Shown piece by piece: positions 9,738-19,604 of a stretch of DNA of 64,000 nt (the first letter of the stretch is position 1; each line of letters opens with the position of its first letter). Under the pieces are notes generated by a model. The model saw nothing but the letters and a program-made list of their open reading frames with translations. It was not told where the DNA came from and did not search any database. The stretch is taken from the NCBI GenBank assembly GCA_963717465.1, contig OY970340.1, forward strand, positions 1,504,001 to 1,568,000, read 5' to 3'. Source of the stretch: Candidatus Bathyarchaeota archaeon (GTDB taxonomy: Archaea; Thermoproteota; Bathyarchaeia; Bathyarchaeales; Bathycorpusculaceae). The position numbers and the translations under genes were made by a program.

Positions 9738-10745
9738 TTGAGCAATCCTCTATTTATCAATAATCTCTTCTTGGAGAAGACGCTATTTGACTTAGGAATG
9801 ATTAAGGGGGCTTCGGAAATCTACACCTTTTTGCTAAAAAGAGGCCCTAAAATGGCAAAAGACATAACGAAATTTACAGGAGGAAACAAAGCCCTAGTCT
9901 ATCGCAGGCTGAAATTTTTGTTATCCAAAGGCTATATCAAATCAACCCTAGATTTTCCAGCTCGATTTGAAGCGGTCCCTCTTGATTTGATAATTAATCA
10001 GTTTGCAGAAAGCAAGAAAAGAGAACTTCACAACATTAAGAGAAGTAGAGAAAAACTGCGAGACATTCTTGAAAACCTGGATACTGAAGAAGAAACAGCA
10101 AAAGATGAATTCTCAATAATGAAGAGTTCTTTCTTAGGCATAATCAAATGTTTATCGATAGCTAAGCAAACTAAAAATGAATACTTGATTATGAATGACC
10201 AACTGGCACCGTTTCAACATGATTTTATCAAAGATATGCAATTAATTGCCTCACAAACCTTACGAAACAAGGCTGAATTCAGATTCATAACTAATGTTGA
10301 TAGTAAAAACTTGAACGAGGCAAAACAGATTGTAAAAAAATTAAACTTAAATAGTCCGTATATTGGGGTGCGTCACTTAGATTTGCATCAGGATGATTTT
10401 CCACGTTTTGCACTGGGCGACGAGGATGCGGTTGTCTTCTACTTTGATACATTAGATTTTAAGACGATGTTAAATCCAGAGAAATTATTTTGGACAAGCA
10501 ACGTAGCTTTTATCAGATCAATGAGATTATTATTCAATGAGTTATGGCATAAATCAATCGATATTCGCGCAAGGATAGCTGAACTTGAAGGAACTGAATT
10601 TGCCATTCCGTCTTCACGAAACCAAGAACCTTTCTTACAGCTTCCATCTACTGAAAGCGGTCTCAAGGCTGATAGTCCTTTTGAAAATGGGCACCATGCT
10701 TGCCGAGCACGCGATACACAAATTGGCCTTTCATTTGAGGAATAA
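9738..10745 (+). CDS. TrmB-family transcriptional regulator
   Basis: N-terminal wHTH (IYTFLLKRGP...VYRRLKFLLSKGYIKSTLDFPARFEAVP) and C-terminal effector domain (WTSN...LFNELW). Confidence 0.8.
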   Translation: MSNPLFINNLFLEKTLFDLGMIKGASEIYTFLLKRGPKMAKDITKFTGGNKALVYRRLKFLLSKGYIKSTLDFPARFEAVPLDLIINQFAESKKRELHNIKRSREKLRDILENLDTEEETAKDEFSIMKSSFLGIIKCLSIAKQTKNEYLIMNDQLAPFQHDFIKDMQLIASQTLRNKAEFRFITNVDSKNLNEAKQIVKKLNLNSPYIGVRHLDLHQDDFPRFALGDEDAVVFYFDTLDFKTMLNPEKLFWTSNVAFIRSMRLLFNELWHKSIDIRARIAELEGTEFAIPSSRNQEPFLQLPSTESGLKADSPFENGHHACRARDTQIGLSFEE

Positions 10746-10891
10746 GCAAAATATTGCTTTCCAATTAACTAATTACTTGCGTCAATATTACTTTTATTTT
10801 GTTTTTATGATACAAACTTTTTAAATAGAGACTCTTCGTAATAACGGTATAGTTTGCAGTTTAATTTGTTATTTGTTGGTTAAAGATATTG

Positions 10892-10928
10892 GTATTTCGC
10901 TCTCTTGCAACTACCTTCAAAATATAAA
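10892..10928 (+). promoter_or_regulatory. Promoter/operator motif shared with the methyltransferase-cluster promoters
   Basis: 29/37 ungapped identity to 5854-5890 (and its copy 7347-7383), ending in AAAATATAAA. Confidence 0.65.
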
Positions 10929-10964
10929 GAATTGCGCCATTGAGACTATGAGGCGAATAACTAG

Positions 10965-11431
10965 ATGACAGATATTTTAGGATTCGATTTTCGACCTGAA
11001 CTATTTTATAGCACAGATCATGTATGGGCTAAGCCAGAAACTGACGGGACAGTAAGAGTGGGATTTGATGACATTATTTCTAAAGGAGCTCATGAGATTT
11101 TCTACATGAAACTTTTGCCCAAGGGAACAAGCGCAGGACAGAGAAAGAAATTAGGCGTCATTGAATCGCGCAAATATACAGGTCCCATTCCATCACCGAT
11201 CTCAGGCGAAGTTTTGATTGTTAATGAAGAGGTTGTTAAACTTGGCGCTGAAGGTTTTATGGAGGATCCTTATGGGAGGGGTTGGTTGTTTATTATGAAA
11301 CCTTCAAGTCTTGAGGCAGAACTGGCGACTCTTATGCATGGTGAACAGCGGCTGAATGGTTTAAAAAAGAAGCAGAGCCATTGGTGGATGAACTTGAGAT
11401 CTTTAAGATGAAACACACACGAGCGAAATAG
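10965..11431 (+). CDS. gcvH: Glycine cleavage H-like lipoyl carrier protein (frameshift near 11347)
   Basis: DHVWA...VRVGF...IESRK (lipoyl Lys)...SPISGEV...EDPYGRGW; alternative frame ends AAEWFKKEAE...RAK*. Confidence 0.82.
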
Positions 11432-11718
11432 TATGTAACTACCTCACACAATGGGGGTCGACATAGTATTGTGTTCGCGCGAACAATTCTTGCAGAGACG
11501 AGAAACCTAATGTGTGCGCCTCTCCCTTCCTGTGCCTCTCTCCCTGTGTGTGTATATGTGTGTGAGTGTGAGAGAATTAGCGTAAAAGAGCAGGAGTCCG
11601 AGAGAGAATTAAATTTTAATCCACCACAAACCCAAACCCAAAAACTACTCCAACGCCTACACGCCTATACGTACTGCCCACACACTTTCCATTTCTTCTC
11701 TCTCTTATTCCCCCTCTA

Positions 11719-11800
11719 ACACAATTACAATTACATACAATTACAATTACAATTACAAATAATAGAGAGTCAATCACTTAGTCAGTCACTGTCAGTCAGC
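11719..11800. repeat. Low-complexity (ACAATT)n and (GTCA)n microsatellite-like tract
   Basis: acacaattacaattacatacaattacaattacaattacaaat, then gtcagtcactgtcagtcag. Confidence 0.8.
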
Positions 11801-11833
11801 TGATAGCACGCGCGCTTAAGACTTGTCATAAAG

Positions 11834-12458
11834 TCATTTGTCATGTCTAAGCTTCGGGATGAACCGTGGGGTTCGTTTCATGTATTTACGATATTCATCG
11901 CCGAATCTATCCATCAACATCGCCTCCTCCTTACTTATCTGCGCGTAAAAATTAATAGTCGTAAAAAGTGCAGGCAAAATAATGACCCAATTGGCTGCCA
12001 CAAGAGCTTAGGCTACAAAGAAGGTGAAGGCTCCCAAGTACATCGAATGTCTAACATAATGGTCTGGTCCGCTCGTCACAAGTGTCGTAGCCTTTCTATG
12101 TTGGAACTCTGATGGGTTTAGGCAGTGAACCCAGTTCTTGCCAAGTGTTCGCCAACCCATAGCGTCAATAAAATGCTCAAAGCGCACAGAACGACCATGA
12201 TTAACCTGAACCAATCAGGCAGTGGACTCGAATCCGACTGGGAAATGCGAGGAAGAGAATTATTCCCAGCCACCAGAATGGAGCAATCAAGGCACGCGTT
12301 ATGATGTACAACCGTCTTTCATGCCGAACTGGCTGGTCACTCGGTTACTTACGACTAAGCTCTCTCGTTGAATACCTTACCAATGCTAAGCCAATAACGA
12401 AAATAATCCACAGAGATGAAAAGATGACTCTGAAAATCAGTTCGTTCGTCATGTTCAT
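11834..12458 (-). pseudogene. Isoprenylcysteine carboxyl methyltransferase (ICMT/PEMT) family pseudogene
   Basis: LVTSGPDHYVRHSMYLG and KEEAMLMDRFGDEYRKYMKRTPRFIP; at least two in-frame TAA stops plus a frameshift. Confidence 0.8.
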
Positions 12459-12615
12459 GACCAGCCTTCCAACCGATGAGGACAACCCTAAGGGACAATA
12501 TCGAGGAAAAAAGCTTTGCACACATTAAAAATGCACTACAAATAACAACAACATCCGTTTTAGTGGAGGATGACAAATTTAATAAAACCGCGCGCTAGAT
12601 TTTGGCAAGTTTTAA

Positions 12616-12643
12616 ATATCACGCTTGATATCAAGCGTGATAT
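12616..12643. promoter_or_regulatory. Perfect 28-bp palindrome, probable PadR operator
   Basis: ATATCACGCTTGAT|ATCAAGCGTGATAT overlapping the TTTAAATA box upstream of the PadR gene. Confidence 0.75.
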
Positions 12644-12673
12644 ATTGACAAAGTACAAGCAATCAGTGGTCTC

Positions 12674-13228
12674 ATGTCTGAAGAAGAAATTAGCAAAGGA
12701 AAACGAAAATTAAAACAGCACACCGCCAAGGTTGCCGCAGGATTCATACGTTATCATGTACTTGTTGCACTCAATGAAAAACCGCTATCTGGATCAGAAT
12801 TAATCGAAAATTTCGAGAGGAACACAGGCGGATTCTGGAAACCAAGCCCAGGCTCAATCTATCCACTTCTATCCTTCCTGCAGAATAACGGTTGCATAAG
12901 GGAATTCCCAGCTGAAAACGGCATGAAACGCTATGAACTAAACGAAAGAGGCAAAATACTACTTGAAGAACAAAAGAAAGTCATGAGTGACTTCTATGAA
13001 ACGCTTGGCATTCAAAATGCGTCGTTTAGTGATTTCATTCCACGCGAAGATACACCTGTCTTTCAGAAAGCCTATATGCGTGCCGGCAAAGTGTGGCAGC
13101 AACTAGGAAATGCACTGCAAAAAAATTATTCCAAAGAAGCATTGTATGAAGCAGTGAAAGTAATGGATGAATCTTCTGAGAAACTTGAGAGAATTGTAAA
13201 GAAAATTGTGGGTGAAAAACTTGAGTGA
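12674..13228 (+). CDS. PadR-family transcriptional regulator
   Basis: PLSGSELI...WKPSPGSIYPLL...KRYELNERG. Confidence 0.9.
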   Translation: MSEEEISKGKRKLKQHTAKVAAGFIRYHVLVALNEKPLSGSELIENFERNTGGFWKPSPGSIYPLLSFLQNNGCIREFPAENGMKRYELNERGKILLEEQKKVMSDFYETLGIQNASFSDFIPREDTPVFQKAYMRAGKVWQQLGNALQKNYSKEALYEAVKVMDESSEKLERIVKKIVGEKLE

Positions 13229-14255
13229 AAAAAATATGATTGAAGTTGAAGGGTTAACCAAAGTCTTTAAGACTGGTCGCGATAAGAGTCTAACCGCAGT
13301 TGACCACGTTAACTTTAGTGTTAAGAAAGGGGAAATTTTTGGTCTGCTAGGTCCAAATGGAGCAGGCAAAAGCACAACACTGCGAATGCTCTCCACACTG
13401 GCTAAGCCCAGTGAGGGCAGCGCCAAGATTGGTGGCTTTGATATTGTTAAAAATGACAATGCTGTTCGAAAATTGATAGGAATTGTTTCTGAAAAAATGA
13501 TTGTATACGACCAGTTAACTGCAAAAGAAAACCTGTGGTTTTTCGGCAGTCTTTATAGACTTCCAAAAGATAAAATGAACAAGCGAATTGATGAACTTTT
13601 AGAACTTGTTAACCTTACAGAGTTTAAAAACGTTCAGTCAGGTACCTTCTCAACAGGTATGAGACAGAGAATGAATGTTATTAGGGCCCTGCTTAACGAA
13701 CCTCAAGTGCTATTCTTGGATGAACCTACTTTAGGTTTAGATCCTCAATCTTCCGTTGAAATTCGAGAGTTCATTAAAAAACTCAATAGAGACAGCGGAG
13801 TGACCATTATAGTGACGACACATATGATGGTTGATGCAGACATACTGTGCGATCGTATAGCGATTATGGATTATGGAAAGATTGTAGCTCTTGATACTTC
13901 AGCGAACTTGAAGAAAGCAACCAAGGGAGCGGATACTTTGATAATTAACATGGAAATAGCTAACTTGAACCTTGAGATGATTGACAAGGTAAAATGTATT
14001 TCAGGTGTTGACGCGGTAAATCAAGAAACCGATAATAAACTGCGCATTATTGTTCATGGCGAAAATGCTTTCGAGGAAATTCATGATAGCATACGTAACA
14101 TGAATGGCAAAATTAGCTCGATGGAGAATTTGCAGCCAACTTTGGAAGATGTTTTCTTGCATATGACAGGTCATACTGTGAGGGATAGCGTGGGTGTGAA
14201 AGCGGATATGCCGCAAAAGCGTGGGTATATGAGTGTGAGAAGAGGAATGAGGTGA
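13221..14255 (+). CDS. ABC exporter ATP-binding protein (DrrA-like)
   Basis: GPNGAGKST, FSTGMRQR, LFLDEPTLGLD, C-terminal PTLEDVFL. Confidence 0.93.
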   Translation: MSEKNMIEVEGLTKVFKTGRDKSLTAVDHVNFSVKKGEIFGLLGPNGAGKSTTLRMLSTLAKPSEGSAKIGGFDIVKNDNAVRKLIGIVSEKMIVYDQLTAKENLWFFGSLYRLPKDKMNKRIDELLELVNLTEFKNVQSGTFSTGMRQRMNVIRALLNEPQVLFLDEPTLGLDPQSSVEIREFIKKLNRDSGVTIIVTTHMMVDADILCDRIAIMDYGKIVALDTSANLKKATKGADTLIINMEIANLNLEMIDKVKCISGVDAVNQETDNKLRIIVHGENAFEEIHDSIRNMNGKISSMENLQPTLEDVFLHMTGHTVRDSVGVKADMPQKRGYMSVRRGMR

Positions 14256-15493
14256 AAAACATGACGGTAATAACAGTTTTAGAAAATAGTTTAAGGATTG
14301 CTTGGAAGGACATTAGAGCGATGAGTCGAATGAAGGGAGTAATGGTGATGCTTATTCTTATGCCGATATTTATGATGGTTATGGTTGGCTTCATTTATCC
14401 AAGCGGCAGTTCCGTTGATATGAGTAGCTTAAAAGTTCAAGTTATCAACCAAGATATAGGATACAATAATGTTAGTTTAAGCGGGATTTTTACTTCAGCC
14501 TTTACTGTAGCTAATAATAATAGTACTAAAATGCAATTATTCACTGGTGCTAATGGCACAAATGAAGATACACTTAAGGACAGCATTAAGCAAGGTGATT
14601 TTGATGCAGGCATTATTATTCCTGAGAATTTCACCTATTGTATCCTGACTAAGCAGAAAGTAAACATAACTGTCATTACAGATAATTCTAATCCGCAAAT
14701 CAGTCAATATTCTAGTGCCGCGTTGCAAGGATTAGTGGGAGCTGGCTGGGAAGGACTGATGATTGCACCAACTGTGAATCAGCAAATTGCACAGTTGTTC
14801 AGTTATTACAATCTGACAGACCCTAATGCAGGGTATTACATGGCACCTTATGCAGTCGCTTCAAGTGGTGTTGTAGGTGGTGCTAACACAAACTACTTCG
14901 AATTTATTGCTCCTGCCATGATAATGATGACTGTAATGTTCAGTGTAATGACTAATCTGCCGCAAGCTATAACTCATGAAAGAGAATTGGGCACGTTAGA
15001 TGGCATTATGGTTGCTCCGATTAATAGACTTTCAATTATAGTTGGAAAAACATTGTCTTCACTTGTGTATGGCTTAATTCAGGGCTTAATAATAATGGCA
15101 TTATCAATAGGTTTATTCGGAGTTACCATACAGGGAAACATTTTGCTCGTATTTGGTTTACTGTTTCTTGGCGTTTTCAGCTTTGTAGGATTAGGTATAG
15201 CTTTAACTTCACTTGCAAAAGATCAGCAGACAGCCTCAATGATAATGATGACATTGACATTCCCGATGATGATTCTCAGTGGCATATTCTTCCCGATAAA
15301 AATGATGCCACAATTCATGCAATATATCAGTGATTGCCTGCCGTTAACTTACGCTGCGGATGCCATGAGGAAAGTTATGGTGTTAGGTGCAAATGTTTCA
15401 CAGATATCAACAGACCTGATCGTGCTAATTGTGTTCGGCATAGTTATGCTCGTAATCGCAGTGCCAATATTTAGAAGGATGATGACAAGATAA
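14252..15493 (+). CDS. ABC-2 exporter permease
   Basis: ERELGTLDGIMVAP, LSGIFFP, PLTYAADAMR; multiple TM segments. Confidence 0.92.
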   Translation: MKNMTVITVLENSLRIAWKDIRAMSRMKGVMVMLILMPIFMMVMVGFIYPSGSSVDMSSLKVQVINQDIGYNNVSLSGIFTSAFTVANNNSTKMQLFTGANGTNEDTLKDSIKQGDFDAGIIIPENFTYCILTKQKVNITVITDNSNPQISQYSSAALQGLVGAGWEGLMIAPTVNQQIAQLFSYYNLTDPNAGYYMAPYAVASSGVVGGANTNYFEFIAPAMIMMTVMFSVMTNLPQAITHERELGTLDGIMVAPINRLSIIVGKTLSSLVYGLIQGLIIMALSIGLFGVTIQGNILLVFGLLFLGVFSFVGLGIALTSLAKDQQTASMIMMTLTFPMMILSGIFFPIKMMPQFMQYISDCLPLTYAADAMRKVMVLGANVSQISTDLIVLIVFGIVMLVIAVPIFRRMMTR

Positions 15494-15529
15494 ACTAGAA
15501 AGGCAGCTACATGCAAGCAACATTTTAAA

Positions 15530-15550
15530 TTTCTTTTTTTTATTTCTTTC
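15530..15550 (+). terminator. T-rich archaeal terminator after the ABC operon
   Basis: tttctttttttttatttctttc-like tract ~40 nt after the stop. Confidence 0.5.
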
Positions 15551-15919
15551 CGTACCATTAAAACTCGCGAGCACTATCGAGCTTTTTTCTTATGGTACGT
15601 CTAACTTTTGCTAACACGCGCGGCGCTCGTTAGCTGCAGAATTATAGGTTTTTACTAAACTATGCATTTCTGAATTATTTTAACCGGTTACTCTTTTTTC
15701 TTACTTTTTCCTAGAACCTGTTCCTCGCACTCTTGTTTAGCACCATTTTACGATTGTTTAAGCCTTTATCGATTTGCATTCGCCGCTAATCTGAACCATA
15801 AAGAACAAGTCGAAGCTATTATTGATTAAGAAAATTGAGATAGTCATGTAGTGCTATTTAATAAAGGCAAGCAAGCAAATCAAGATACTAATTATTAAGC
15901 AAAAAAGTTGGTAGTTTAT

Positions 15920-18484
15920 TTAGACGGGTTTTCCCCCGTCGGTAGCTTTGGCAACTGGAGCAACAGGTTTTGCCACAGCTTGGTCGGCTGGTTTAGCTGC
16001 TGGGGCTGCTGCTGGAGCTGGGGCTGCTTTGCGTTTTAGCATGTTCTCTAGTGTTGGTTTAAGTTTTGCGTTTTCGGCTTTGATTTTGTCTTTTCCCAGT
16101 GTCTTAATTTGCTCGGTCATTTCCTTAACTATATCGGCGAATTTCGGTCCTTCAGCTGATGAAACATAATCAACCCTGAGTCTTTCTGGGCTCAACCCGA
16201 GCTTTTGAAGCATGCCAGATAAGGCATCCATGCGTGCTTTCATCTTTACGTTTCCAGAGATATAATGGCAATCGCTGGGAAGATGGCAAGCGGCAATCAG
16301 TACCCCTGCTGCTCCTAACCTAAATGCTTCCATAACGAAGTCCTTGTCCACTCGTCCAGTACACATTACTCGAATAGACCGTGTCATTGGCGGGTATTCA
16401 AGCCGGCTCGTCCCTGCACGGTCCGCGCCGGCGTAACCTCACCAGTTACACATAAACGTCAGTATCTTATCTTCCGGGTCTTTTTCTAGCGCACCCCTGA
16501 TTTGTGAGAATATTTGTTCATCCGTAAAGTGCATCTGAGTTAAAGCATCTTGCGGGCATTCTGCAACACATGTTCCACAACCGTGGCACATAGCCGCATT
16601 GATCTGGGCTGGTTGTCCCGGATTCGCAGTTATGGCTCCAAAGGGGCAGCTTTTTACGCATATTCCGCATTTTGCTTTTGCGTTTCTGCACTTGGCTACG
16701 TCAACTATCGAGACGATGGGTTCTATCAACCATTTGGGTTGAGAAAGGATGGTTGCAGCTCGTGCTGCTGCGCCGCTTCCTTGTGATACGCTGTAGGGTA
16801 TGTCTTTTGGTCCTTGGGCAGCGCCTGCTATGAATACTCCATCCATAGGTGTATCGATTGGTTTGAGTTTTGGGTGGCTTTCCATGAAGAACCCGTCTGA
16901 TCCTCGCGTTATGTGGAGGATGCTGGCTAATTCTTGGGCTCCTTTGCTGGGTATTGCGGCTGTGCTTAACACAACGAGTTCCGTTTCGAGATCGAGGGGT
17001 AGTCCCAGCGCCATGTCTTCTGCTCGTACAATCAAGTTTTTGGTCTTTGTGTCTTCAATTATGTTGGATGCTTTTCCCCTGATGAAGTTGATTCCCATTT
17101 CACGGGCTCTTCGATAGAATTCTTCGTAGCCTTTGAAGGGAGTTCGCATATCCATGTAGAGAATGTAGACTTCCACATCATCATGGTAATGTTCTTTCAG
17201 AAGGATGGCTTCTTTGAGCCCATACATGCAGCAGAAACCTGAACAGTACTCGAACTTGTTTATGTCCCGTGAACCGACGCAATTAATGAAAGTGACGCTT
17301 TTCGGTTTCTTTCCATTGGACGGGCGGATCATGTGTCCACTTGTTGGGCCGCCTGCTGTGATAAGTCTCTCAAACTCCAAAGCTGTAATTACGTTATCGT
17401 ATTTTCCATAGCCGTACCTGGCGTCGTCATAAGGCATATAAAAGTCGCAACCGGTTGTTACGATGATTGCTCCAACTTCCAATTCAACTTCTTCCGGCTT
17501 CTGATCAAAATTGATAGCTTCACGTGCACCACAAGCATCAACGCATTTGAAGCACTCTATGCAGTAATCCCTGTTTATTGAGTAGATAAGAGGCACTGCC
17601 TGATCAAACGGAATGGAGATAGCTTTTCTTAAACCTAAATTCATCTCAAACTCATTAGGATACTCTATTGGGCAAGCATCTCTGCATTCACCACAACCAG
17701 TACATTTTCCAGCCATAACGTACCTTGGGTTCTTGCGAACCTTCACTCTGAAATTGCCCACAAACCCCTCCACGTTGAGGACGTCCGCATTGGATATTAC
17801 TTGGACCTTAGGATGGCGATATACTTCCACCATCCTAGGTCCTTCTATTCATATGCTGCAGTCTAAAGTGGGAAAAGTCTTGTCGAGTTGTGCCATGTGA
17901 CCTCCTATGCTCGTGTTCTTCTCGACAAGGTATACTTGGAACCCCATGTTCGCCAAATCAAGAGCGGATTGGATGCCGGAAATGCCTCCGCCGATAACCA
18001 AGGCGTTTTTTGTCACCGGCACCTCCATGGTTTCAAGAGGCGCAAGTAACCTCGCTTTGGCAACAGCCATCCTTACAATGTCTTTTGCTTTTTCCGTGGC
18101 TTCTTTCGGAGTGCTGGGATGGCACCACGAAGAGAATTCACGTATGTTGGCCATTTCAAAAACATAAGGATTTAACCCTGCTTCACTTACGGTTTTCCGA
18201 AATGTTGGCTCATGCATTCTTGGGCTGCAAGCGGCTACAACGACGCGGTTTAGTTTGTGTTCTTTTATTGCTTTTCTGATTTCTTCTTGTCCGGGGTCGG
18301 CGCATGTGTAACGGTTCTCTTTAACTAAAACAACGTCAGGTATCGTTTTAGCGTATTCGACTACTTGTTTAATGTCAATTGTGCCAGCGATGTTTAAGCC
18401 GCAGTGGCAAACAAAAACTCCCACTCGTAAAGGTTCTGGTTGTTTGGCGGATTCAATTGGTTTCTGTGTTTCTTTATTGCTCAT
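15920..18484 (-). CDS. hdrA: HdrA-MvhD fusion (854 aa) with two in-frame UGA codons at positions 212 and 682; putative selenoprotein or readthrough product
   Basis: ORFs 17849-18484, 16439-17833 and 15920-16387 share one frame; junctions read TLDCSI*IEGPRM and [14 protein letters not shown]; both stops are TGA at conserved Cys/Sec sites. Confidence 0.88.
16402..16432 (-). promoter_or_regulatory. Stem-loop 6 nt downstream of UGA-682 (candidate recoding signal)
   Basis: GCCGGC-G-CG-GA-CC/GUGCA/GG-GA-CG-A-GCCGGC: 10 G-C pairs plus tandem G.A. Confidence 0.6.
17803..17842 (-). promoter_or_regulatory. Stem-loop 6 nt downstream of UGA-212 (candidate recoding signal)
   Basis: GGACCUAGGAUGGUGG-AAGUAUA-UCGCCAUCCU(A)AGGUCC: 16 bp including 2 G-U, one bulged A. 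Confidence 0.7.
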
Positions 18485-19416
18485 TTTGAAACCTCTTCAA
18501 CAAATAATCTTCTTTCTACTGCTTCCTTTCTTTTCGAGGCAGCAGCAGCTTTCAATTCTTTAATAGCCTCAACAGGTGAAGTAAGCCTTTCTAAGGATTT
18601 ATTCCATGTCCCTGAATGAATTGGAGTATGGTATATTTTGGTTCTTTTTAACCTTAGGGCTTCATCAACAGGACAAACCACTTTGCACGCACCGCAGAAA
18701 TCGCAAAAAACATCGTTCACATGAACTTTTTTATCCTCGCCAAGCGTTAAGGCTCCTGGTATGGGGCAGACGTCAAGGCAATCTCTGCAACCTTCAGGGC
18801 ATTTCTCCTGATCAATCTCTAATTATCCCTTCAATGCACTTTTTAACTTTAATCACTCCCGGTGCACATTTGAACTCGCAAACTCTGCAGGTTGGGCAAT
18901 ACTCTTTTTGAATGTCAAGGTTAACTCGCACATGTTTTTTTTCGTGTGGTGGCAATACATCTAGATTTTCCATTAGTTTGCCGTCGGATCAGTTTTTATA
19001 ACTTTAATTAAAGATAGAGGACATGCGCTTTCACACTCGACGCATTCCTTTGGGCACTGACGTGAATTTACCGTAATATCGCGGATGAGTGATGGATAGC
19101 TTTCTTTTGACAACACAGCAAGATCATGCTTGCCATTTAACGTCACTTTAATAGCTCCATATGGACAGGTGACGTCGCAAATACCGCAAAAACTGCATTT
19201 CGCTAAGTCAATGTCGACTTTGGCTTTCTTTGTTTTTTCTCCCTGCACCTTTGGTTGCTTTTCGAGTGTTATTACACCTTTTGGGCAGGCTAAACTGCAT
19301 ATTTGGCAGCCTACACACCGCTTTTTATCTAACATTAGCTTGAGATCCTTTACTGGCAAAATCCACTCTAAAGTTAAAGAATCTGCGGAGTTTTTCTTTA
19401 TTGTTTTTAAAGGCAC
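18481..19416 (-). CDS. Polyferredoxin (FwdF/MvhB-like), split by about two frameshifts
   Basis: Repeated CxxCxxCxxxCP motifs across frames ([56 protein letters not shown]); stop overlaps the hdrA start. Confidence 0.8.
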
Positions 19417-19604
19417 TTACTTTAATCCTCCAATCGATTGTTTGCTCGTAACGGGTGCTCGCATTTGTTCGCAAACACCAACCAAACAGCAAGTCATTCG
19501 AACATCCCGCGCAGTTTTTAAGGGAAGTATTTTAGAATATAAATATTCCTTGCGGTAACATTGATTCCGCATGACTGCAAAAGAAACTCCGGTATCCTAA
19601 TTTT

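Noticed and set aside
15640..15915. Canonical archaeal or eukaryote-like SECIS in the hdrA-mvhD 3' UTR
   Set aside because: By eye, no convincing GAA/A or AUGA/GA stem; a T-tract follows the stop closely
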